Source of the DNA: Rhizaria sp. SCN 62-66
Lineage: Eukaryota
Assembly: GCA_001724265.1 (NCBI GenBank)
Contig: MEDY01000076.1
Coordinates: 124,001-178,550, forward strand
Direction: 5' to 3'
DNA length: 54,550 nucleotides
Position numbers and translations under genes: made by a program. Below, in pieces: positions 1-10,105 of the stretch. The notes below the pieces were generated by a model. The model was not told the DNA's origin and did not search any database. It saw only the letters and a program-made list of their open reading frames with translations. Numbering within the stretch: position 1 is the stretch's first letter; every line of letters starts with the position of its first letter.

Positions 1-3000
1 ACCAAAGAACTTTGCAATAAAAATGTCCGTATTCTCAGCGTCGCTGCCGTAGTGATCTTTCCGCTCAATGTTTGCGTTTTCGGAGCTGTTGATATCTCCA
101 CTTCTGGGCTGGTTGATTTCGTCGCCGATGAGCACGATGTCGCTCTTGAACGACTCCTCAGCGCGCTTGCTCAGTGCATCCAGAGAGAAAGAGCCTGAAG
201 ACGGCAGCTGCGACTCCGACTGCGACTGTGCGGCGCCGGGGGCCGCAAAAAAGCTGTCACGTTCGCTACTGCGGACAGCGCTGTCCGTGTTGTTGTTCAG
301 CATAATATGCTGAGTCATGGCGGCATCCTCAGCAGCAACACGTGTCGAAAAGACAACATTACGACGGCGACGGTTGTGCCTGGTATCTTGAGCGGCCTGA
401 TCTTGACCCTGCGCAGCATTGTCATCAGAATCAGCGACAGAGTCATCGCTCTCATCACTGGCCTCTTCAGAGGAGTGGCTTAACTTACTGTTGTCTGACT
501 TCTTCGGGACAAATGCAAGCCGAGCAAGGCCCAGGGGCAGCAGCTGTGCGCCGCTGACACCTGCAGTAACGCTCGTATTGAGAGTGGAGGAACTAAGGAT
601 GATAGTCGCGACAGCCTGCTCGAGCACGCGCCGCGCGCCGGTCTGCAGAGCGGCCTGACTGAGATCCGCAATCAGCGCAGTCGGAGCCCACCAAGGGGAC
701 GACTTGACTGAGCTCTCGACTGTCTCGGTCATCTTAGCAATCATAGTGACAATATCAGCCCCGGTCTGCTAGCTCCCACCAGCGTGCTTGATGTTGCGGG
801 AGGTGACGGGCGTTTGCGGACTGCTGTTGAATGAGAACGCAGAGCGTGGCTGAGACGGCTTGTTGTTGCGCGGGGACAGGGCAGCATCGTCAACAGGAAC
901 AGCAGCGGTGACAGCGGAAGAGTTGTTCGTCTGCGTGACTGTGAGCACGAAGGGCAAACCGTTCGAAGCTAACGGCGACATGATAGCAGCTGCAGCTGTC
1001 GAAAAAGCAGGAATAGTGAGCATATGACCACGGCCAGATACGTCGTTGCTATTTTGACTGCCGTGGAGCGAACTGCTCGCAGTCGTCGAGGCAGAATATG
1101 GTATCATCGAGTTGCTACTGGACTGACCGACAACGAACGACTTGCCGGCCACAACACGCGCCGCGTCAGCATCAGCAGCAGCAGCAGTATTCTTATTGCT
1201 AGCGCTGATGTTGCCTGCGACAGGCAGCGGGGCGAGGCGCGGAAGCAGCAAGTCGACGACGCTCGCGTACAGTGCGAACCTCTGTGCGTGCGTTATGACA
1301 CCGGCCGAGGTTGACTGGAACGACGGCGGAGACACAGGGCGATGCTGGCTGCCGCTGATGCTGTTCGCGGTCTGAAGAGGCGCGAGTGCAAGTGCAGCCG
1401 CCACCGAAGCCGAGACGGGGGGTAGCGCGCGGACACTGGCCCTGAATGTGACAACAGCGCAGTCAACGTCAGTGCTAGAACTAGCAGTGCTAAGATTGTT
1501 GTGGCCGGTGGGCAGCACAATAGCAGACGTCGCGAGGAGGACGCTACGCGCGCTAGTCGCGATGCGGCGCAGCACTGCAGCCACAGCAGCAAGGTTGGTG
1601 GAGGACGCAGCGGCGGCAGCAGCAGCAGCAGCGCGTGAGAGCGCCTCACTGGCGTTCACCGTAGAGGTCGCACTGTTAGCGCTGTTAGCGCTGGCGGTGG
1701 ACAGGAACGCGTGCGAGATAGCTGCGAAGATGCCATCATAGCAGGGGGCAGAGACGGCGAACACGTGGTCAACAGCAGGAGCAGGCAGCGCCAACGTCAC
1801 ACAGTCACTCGCTGCGTTGCTCTTGTAGATGTGGTCGCCGCAAATAAGAGGAGCTGAGAGAATAAACAAAGGGAAGATGTGCACCTTGCGCTGGCTCGTC
1901 AGATGTAAGTGTCCCTCACCAGCGCCATTTGAGTGCGGTCCTTCGGAAGACAGTGGCTGAGATACGGGGCTTGGCTGAGAGACAGGGTTTGCCAGCGACA
2001 CAGCACCAGTCACGCGGGAGATCGTGAGCAGCGTGTACACACCAAGCGGTAGTCCGCTCTCAACAATGTCTTCGTTGGCAGCAGAGTCACCGTGAGGAGC
2101 CATTGTAAGCGCCGAGCTGTTGCCGTTCCAATTGTCACTGTAATCGCTGTTTTTTTTGTTCAAGGCGGAGACCGCGTACGTGGTTGACGTGTACGGAGTG
2201 ACGCCACGCGTCAGCGTTTGCGGCAGCATCGCCTGCGCCAGCAGTGACCGGGCGACCCAGTTGGCCGCGCGCACGCGCCACGCCAGCGCCAGCGCCTCTG
2301 CGTCCGCGCGGGCGCGGGCGGCGCGCTTGGCGGTCTTGCGCTGTTCACGGTCACTCGCGGTCTCGGTCTCGCTTGCACTCTCGCTGTCAGAGTCCACATT
2401 GTTCCTGTTGACATCGCTCTTGTTGTTCTTGTTGCTGTCGGACTTTGCCTTCTCTGCATCTGCAGCAGCGATGGCGAGAGCCTGGGTGGCGATCGCAAGC
2501 GTGGGCACGTTCCGCAGCATCAACACGTCGACAAGCGCCTCACTTGAGATCGCCTTAGCAGCTGAAGACACCGATGCGCCGCTGCTACGAGCGGAGCGAT
2601 TGCGGTTTGCCCAGTCGAACAGCGCGGTTGTGACCGCAGCCGCGAGGCCCGAATCGCACCACTCGACAAACGACCGGCTCACAGTCACAGAACAAGCGCT
2701 GCTAGTGCCATTATGAGTGGTGTTACTCGGGTTCGCACTCGCACTATTGGTGGGAGTCAAGGATAGAAGTGCGTTGAGAATGGTGCACACTGCAGTTGGG
2801 TAGTGAGACGGGATGCCAAACAAATCAGTCCCAATCATAGCAGTCGTGTCATTACTCGACTGCACCTGTGCCTGTGGCTGTGCCTGTTGTTGTTGCGGGG
2901 CGAGTGACAACGGCACCAAAGCGCCGACAGTAGCGAGTGCAGAGACGAGCTTGTCCCGGCAGTCGTGGTGGTAGCTGCTGCTCACAGTCACGGTCGCCGG

Positions 3001-4749
3001 GCTTGAACGAGAGCTCGCGGCTGCGGAAGCGGAAGCAACAGCAGGGCCAATCATGACAACAATATCATCGTCGTCGTCATCTGCAGACGCGGCAGCAGCC
3101 TTGCTGCTCTGAGACAGACGCAGAGCTTGCTGAGCCTTTATTTGACTGTGGGCAGCAACGTTGTGACCGTGAGCTGCCTTGTCAAACTCGGCGCACGCGC
3201 GGCCCAGGTCGTGCTTGTCGTGCAGCTCAGCAGCTGAGGGCAAGGGGTTCAGGTGTAAGTACTTGCTGCGGCCGCTGCTGAGGGACTTAGACCGGTGTCC
3301 CTCGTGAGTCGTTGTCGCAGCAACAGAGCCCACGCTCTCAGTCGCACCGCTAAAGTGCTTACCCTGCTGTTGATGTCGCTGTTGTTGGTGCTGCTGGCTT
3401 GCATTGGCGTTGGAGGCAGCGGCTTGCCCGAGCTTTTTGCTCTGTGCGCGGGGCAAGTCGTCCGCGGGCGGGGGCAGGCCGTGCGACAAGCGCAGCACGT
3501 GCGCGGTGTTGGTGGGGCTGCCGCCACTGTTCTTACTGTGCGTCATCGCAGCGCGCGCGGCCAGACTCGCCGTGACCACGTCTGCGGTGCCGGTGGGAGC
3601 GAAGAACAACGCACCGCTGGTTCCACTGCTCGCACTGGCAGCATGAGCGTGGCCGGTGTGGCCGCTGTTGTTACTGTTGTTACCAGCGGGTGTCGATGAC
3701 CCAGCGGAGGAGGCGACGGCAACCGCAGCAGAGGCCGCAGCAGCGACGCCAGCATTTGAAGCAGAGCCCGTAATGTTCGCGTTGCTGCTGGGATAAGACA
3801 GGTGACGGTACGAAAGCACAGAGATTGCGGCAGCCGCGGCCGCAGCAGCCGCGGCGGCAGCAGCAGCATCAGTGTCTGCGTCCCCAGTGGTCGTCGCGGC
3901 CGTAGTCGCGACGCGGCACGTCTTCGCAGCACCGCTACTGTCACTGTTGTTGTTGCTGTTGCTGTTGGCGCTCGTGTGACTGTGGCTGAAGTGCGATAGT
4001 GAGGATGCGGGGGCGGGGGCGCGCGGCGGCGGCGCGGCAAAGAGCTCGAACTGCGTCCGCACGCACCCGGGCAGTAGCGCCAGCGCACCGCTCGCGCTCA
4101 CACCGCCAGCGCCAGCGCCCGCGCCAGCGGAGGCCGTCTTGTGGCGAGACTGCTGGAGGCGGCGGCTGGAGATGCTGCCGGCCGCGGAGGACGAAGGCGC
4201 GACGACGACGCCGAGGCTGTTGGCCTCGCTGCCGCCGGCCGCGCCGTAGCCCGCTTCGGCGCCCGCGCCGGCGCCAGTGGCTGCCACGCTTTTGTTTGAG
4301 TTGCTGAAGGAGCCATTGTTGTTGTTGTTGTTATTGTTATTCGTGGTGGGGGAAACGTGTGGGCCCGAGTCGACGCGGGGCTTGCGCACCGCCAGCAGCG
4401 GGAACGGCGATGGCGTGCCCTCCGTCGCCGCGGCGCGCAGCGCGGGCGGACAGGTACCCGTGGCGGCGGCAAAGCGGACGGCGCGCGACCTCTGCAGACT
4501 CGCGGCGCGCGCGAGCGCCTCTGCGGCGGTGTCAAGCTCGGCGCGCCACGCGGACGTGCCCTGCGGGTCCGAGGGGCTGCGCAGGGGCAGCGCGGGCAGC
4601 GACGCAAACGGGTCAATGGGAAACGCGGGTGCAGGCGCGGCGGGGGCCGGGGCGCGCGCGGGGGCGCGGGGGGCGGCGGCGGCGGGCGCAGAGGCGGGAG
4701 CGGCAGCGGGAGGCTGTCGCGTCGGAGGGCGGGGCGGGGGCGCGCTCAT
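1..4749 (-). CDS. Large low-complexity hypothetical protein (>1580 aa), 3' end outside the window; in-frame TAG at 769-771
   Basis: ORF 769..5037, with the likely ATG at 4749 (MSAPPPRPP, where GC-rich sequence begins). After the TAG the same frame stays open for all 256 codons to base 1 (QTGADIVTMIAKMTETVESSVKSSPWWAPTALIADL...DIFIAKFFG) with unchanged coding-like composition. No domain recognised. Confidence 0.8.
769..771 (-). other. In-frame TAG codon (context GGG AGC TAG CAG ACC), putative sense codon
   Basis: No stop in the following 256 codons and no AT-rich 3' UTR transition. Confidence 0.75.
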
Positions 4750-6494
4750 GCGGGGAAGGGAAACGCGACCGGAGAGCGACCGCAGCTCGGTATGTAGTGG
4801 AAAACTTGCTGGTGTAGCTAGTTGGCGTGGTATTGCTCGGTTTAGTGAAAGAGACCAGACTGGGTGGACGAGAGAAGTGCGGGGAGGCAAGGGAGGCAAG
4901 AAGGGTGGCGAGGCGAGCAGGGAAGGAAAGTGGGTGGTGAGAGCCAGAGAGTGGGACATTGTAAAAATAAGCAGTTGTAGTTGGTATATATTACGGGTTC
5001 GCCTGTTATGGCCGTCGAAATTAAGAGTATAGGTCAAGAGCCACAGTTTGCGAAGAGTATGAAAGTGGGTCCGAGTGCAGAGCAGTCGCAGTGGAATTCG
5101 GGATATGGACAGATTACCAAGGGAAGGTATTGTGCCAAAAATAACAAAAGAAAACCGTCAAAAAAACAAAAATTATGTCCGTTGACCTAAATTTAGAGCC
5201 ACTGTCGGACAGCATGAAGAGATACAGCCATGTTTATTCAAGCGACAGCACGGCGCCAAGAAACGAGCGAGGCTCCAGATCGGCTTGGTACGGCGTCCTA
5301 AACAACTGCACCGATCGGTGATATGATCGTCAATACCGTTGTCGCGTTGATATCATAACAATGGTATGATTTTACCTATGATATGTATTTTCTACATCTG
5401 TAAGAGATCATTGTGCTGTGTATCCGGCATGAATCGAAGACTCATCGTCGTTACCGCTGGTGATGGTCCAGGGACGCCGCAGCGAGGCCTCTGGTGCTGC
5501 TGGTAGCACCTACAATAGTGTGGGCGCCCGCGTGTGGGTGTCTGCACTGGTGGCGCGCTTTCTGGTGCGGGTGCACGTGAGGCTTCTGTGCCCGCAGCAC
5601 ACGCGGAGATGCGACCAGTGATCGTGTTGCTGCAGCTGAAGGTTACACTATGTGCTGTTGTCCCGCGACGGGTCTCAACGACGCGTGTATATTCGTGTTG
5701 GGCTTGGCGCAGGCGAGCGTGGTTGATGTCCAATCTGTATTTATGTCAGGTTTGCCAATCTTAAGGCACTCAAGGGGCCCGCACCTGGGCATGAAGGGCG
5801 TGGTCGGGACGAGCTGGAGGCACAGTTAAGCAATCAAGATTGCGTCTTAGTAACTGTGCGAAGCGCGGATGCTTTTATATCGCTAAGACTTTTCAACGAA
5901 AGGAGAAATAACTCGAAAATGTGTCGTTAAGAGGATGTACAGACTGCAGTGACACAGAATGATGCTTAACTATCGACGATTCTGAAGTAGATTTGACATG
6001 ACATGAGCTGAAAAGACATGTTTTATACGTTACTAGTTCAGCAATACAACGCTGTGTCAATTATTATTATATTAGCGATTGTTTCAAAGAGGTATTTGAG
6101 TGAAGAAATGGTGACCACAAATCAGTTTTGAAGCCAGTTCCTAAAAAATCCAAATATATTTATCGAATGAGAGTTTTTCGGCCCCCCTGGTTGAATCGAA
6201 GCGTTTGGTTGGAGGCTGTCGCCACCAGAAATACTTCGGTACCTGTCCACCGATGTTTTATCTGGGCCCTGGCGTTTAATAGTGATCATTCGGCAGCTGT
6301 TTGTATCTATTACATCTTTTGTTATTTGCTCCCGCTGGTGCCTTAGTGCGCTAAATAGCACTTTCCTACTCACCCTCGCTCACGTCTCTGAGACACGACC
6401 TTTCTCCCGTTCCACTTGCCCCCGTTTCTCACCGCTGCTCCTCGCTCGCTGCCTTCTCTTCTCCTGCATCAACGTTCTGCGGACAGGTTCGGCC

Positions 6495-8404
6495 ATGAGC
6501 AATACCGTCGCTGGTATTGAGGTCTCTAAGGAGGACCCCATGGAGCGGTTCCAGTTCGTCTCTAAGGTTCGTCGCATGCCACTCTCCACAACTTCTCATT
6601 ATCTACCCCATGCGTCTCAAAACACACTCCAGTACTCCTCTCTAGTTTCGCCTGCTTTCCTCCGCTGTTTTGTGTCATCCTTGCAACTCTGCCTTATCTC
6701 ACACGTTACTCTTGCGCCCTCTGTACCCTCCTTTCGTTCTTTCTTCTCCCAACCACAACAATTCCCCGATTCTATCTTTCCCTTCAAACTCGGCCTTGAT
6801 TTTCTCCGCTTCGCATCCACACACGCGCACGTCCCACGTCTTCATAACCACCACAGGTCGGCGAAGGTTCCTACGGCGCTGTGTACAAGGCGATCGACAA
6901 AACCGACGGCGCTGACGTGGCTGTGAAGATCCTCGAGCTGCCCGACGAGAAGGAGTCAGCCGACCTGCGCAAGGAAATCAACTTCCTGCGCCAGTGCGAC
7001 TCGCCCTACATCGTCGCCTACCGCGGCGCTTTTGTGCGCGAGTCCAAGATTTGGATCGTGATGGAGTACTGCGGCGCGGGCTCGCTGTCGGACATCATGG
7101 CCATCTGCGACGTGACGTTCGAGGAGTTTTACATCTCTGCCATTCTCAAGCAGTGTCTCCGCGGTCTCGATTACCTGCACAAGAACAAGAAGCTGCACCG
7201 CGACATCAAGTCGGGCAACATCCTTCTCACCCACTCGGGCCAGTGCAAGCTCGCCGACTTCGGCGTCTCTGCCGAGCTGGCCAACACGCTCGCCAAGTGT
7301 GGCACCATGATCGGCACGCCCTACTTCATGGCGCCCGAAGTGCTCCAGTCGCAGGCCTACGACGCCAAGGCTGACATCTGGTCCCTGGCCATCACGGCGT
7401 ACGAGCTCGCCGTGGGGCAGCCGCCGCACGCGGATGTGCACCCGATGCGCGCCATCTTCATCATCCCCTCCGCGCCGCCGCCGACGCTGCCAGAGCCCGA
7501 GTCGTTCTCGCCCGAGTTCAACGACTTCCTCCGCGTGTGTCTGCAGATGGACCCTACAAAGCGCCCCACGGCCGAGGCGCTGCTGGAGCACCCGTTCATC
7601 AAGCCCAGCCAGGAAGTGGCCGTCGTGCAGACGCTCGTCGAGGAAGTCAAGAAGATCGTCGAGGAGTACCGCGAAGCGGAGGCTAAGGAGCAGCAGGAGC
7701 TTAAGATCAACGCCCCCGGCGCGGGCAACATCCTCGACAACGGCGGCCACGGCTCGAGCGCCAACGCCGCCGGCGCCGGTGCGGGTGGCGACGGCCCTAC
7801 GATGGTCAACCGCCCTAACGCCTCTGGCAACGGCACCATCGTTGGCGGCCCGTCCCCGGCGACGTGGAACGCCACCGACCAAGGCACTGTAGTCGCCAAC
7901 GCGGCGATGCTCGCGTCGTTCAACGCGGGCAACGCCGACCCCGAGGCTGGCAACATGTCCACCATGGTGCCCACCAAGCAGGTCACCTCCAACGCCTCGG
8001 GCACCATGGTGCTCGCCAATGGAGGCAACAACAACGCGGCCGAGTTCGCGACGATGGTGCGCGTGCCCGCGGGCGGCGCGGCGGCCAAGCCCGTGGGTGA
8101 GCACCCTGGCACCATGGTGCGCACCAAGGGCCGCTCGACCGGCACCATGATGCTGCGCAAACCCGCCAACGCCCCCGGCGCCGCTGCTCCCGCGCCCGCG
8201 CAGCAGGACGGCATGGTGCGCGTCGGCACCGTCTCTGCGCTGATCCAGCGCACCAAATCCACGGCCAAGACGCCCGAGGAAGTGCGCAAGGCGATGGACG
8301 AGATCAAGGCCATGTACGCCGTCGACCAGAAGGCTGTGACTGACTTTTACACGGAGAAGCTGCGTGAGCTGACGAAGCAGCTCAACCAGCTCAGCGGCAA
8401 GTAA
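6495..8404 (+). CDS. Ste20-family MST/Hippo/Krs-like Ser/Thr kinase; join(6495..6566,6857..8404), ~539 aa
   Basis: Splicing the GTTCGT...CACAG intron restores FVSK|VGEGSYGAVYK. Motifs: VAVK, HRDIKSGN, DFG, TMIGTPYFMAPE, HPMRAIFIIP. C-terminal coiled coil (SARAH-like). Stop TAA. Confidence 0.93.
6567..6856 (+). other. Spliceosomal intron (290 nt) in the Ste20 kinase
   Basis: GTTCGT donor, pyrimidine-rich body, CAG acceptor; removal restores kinase subdomain I. Confidence 0.9.
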
Positions 8405-10105
8405 GCAAGTCGGCTCAGTTGATTCGCGCTCATCGCGCACGATCATCTATCAGATCTATGCTGCTGTTATGCTATACTAGCCAACGAAGTAAAAGCCACG
8501 GGTGATGTTAAGAAAACAAGCGTGAGAGCTTCAGCTAAAGCCAACGTTTTGACAAATTACTTCACGAAGTTTACAGCAGAGTTGATGCAGATCAAATCGT
8601 TTTGTCACGTCGAGTTGAATGTTTGGCACAAGATTGTCTGTGCGATATTAGCTGTGTGTGAATGTGTGATCGAAGTGTCATTTTGGCCAACTGTTTGACG
8701 AAGGAGTATGTTTTTGTTTTGGACTTGACTTTTTATTAACCAGTTTATATTTTCTTGTGCATAGTATGATGTTTACTAATGCCCCTCTCTCATGTTGTAT
8801 TTTTTTACACTGCAAAACGAAAGTTGATTCACAGCATCTGCCATGAGGAGTGTTTGTGTGACGTGAATTTGGTGTTTTACCAATGCTAGTAGTGCTCTGT
8901 TGCGCTGTAGCCACTCGTGTCGCACGATGTTTCTCTTAGCTTTGTTAATATCTCGCGGGGTTTGCATGAGAGAAGCTTGGACATCAGTAGTGATGATTGT
9001 TTTTCGAATGCGTATCGTCAATTTACCAGTTAGCCAGTATCAACAGCCACACACTCACACACAGCAGTCGCACACAGCTATGTCTGCCTCACGAAATCTC
9101 GATCTCATACCACAGTCGCCGTCACAATGTCACTGTCGACATTTGTCGTCTGCGCTATGCTTTCGTTACGCTCTGTGGCCTTGCCTCTTGTCAACTCTCT
9201 TCTTTCTCTCCTCTTGTTTGTGGCCAACTCGTCGTCCTTGGACACTTTCCGTGTGTCATTTTCCTTTCATCTTGTCGTTTTTGTTTTGTTTTTGTGTGTT
9301 ATCGTCACCGCGACTGTCGCTGCCTTAGTTGTTTTCATTACTGTCGCCGTTGTTGACCTAGTTTTTTGCCACTGTTACCGCACGTGTTACATTGTTATTC
9401 TGCTCTCCGTTTTGTTTGTTTTCATATTCGTTCTGTTCTTTTTTTATTTTTCATGGCCTCGTGTGCGTGATTGGTTTGTTTCGTCTCTGCTTCGTGTGTT
9501 ACTTAATGTATGTGTGTCTGTGCGTCGCCCTATTGTGCGTGTGTCACAACATCAACAACAATAGTGTCTCAACGTTCGCTTATTCTTTGTCCTGATTCCG
9601 CATCAGTCATCTTGTTGTCTGTCTCTGCTGGCTCTTGCACTTGCTGTTGTTGTACTTCGTGTGTAGCAAAAGAGTGAGAACATGCAAAGACTTAATTAAT
9701 CACGGATAGATGTGAGTGAACTAAAGAAAAGAAAAAGGCAACAAATAGTGAAAAGTGTAAGTTGAGACACACTCCTATCACAACCAAAAGCATTACCTAA
9801 AAGAACGTTATCAACTACTCTTAAACTTGCGTACACTCGCACGCACACCCACGAACACTTGCGGAAAAGAGAGACACACACAAAAACGCGTTCAAACCTT
9901 CTAAATTCGTTACTATACAGATTTTATACTTGGAATATCCAAAAATACAAACAAAAACTTCAACATAATAACTTTTGATAACTTTAAACAAGAAAGTAGG
10001 CAAGTCGAAACAAGTCGTCGTTATGTATGAACTTGGTATTAAGTCAAAATAACCCAATGGTAGGATGAAAAACATATTAAATATAGAGAAGTTACGAGAG
10101 ACACC

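Noticed and set aside
5392-5733. 113-aa minus-strand ORF ending in TAG in the divergent intergenic region
   Set aside because: No recognisable motif and no host-like codon bias; cannot be supported as a gene, so it is not counted as a TAG-terminated gene.
8900-9595. Hydrophobic plus-strand ORFs (e.g. 9127..9564) resembling membrane proteins
   Set aside because: Artefact of T-rich sequence (F/V/L/C codons) appearing in several frames at once.
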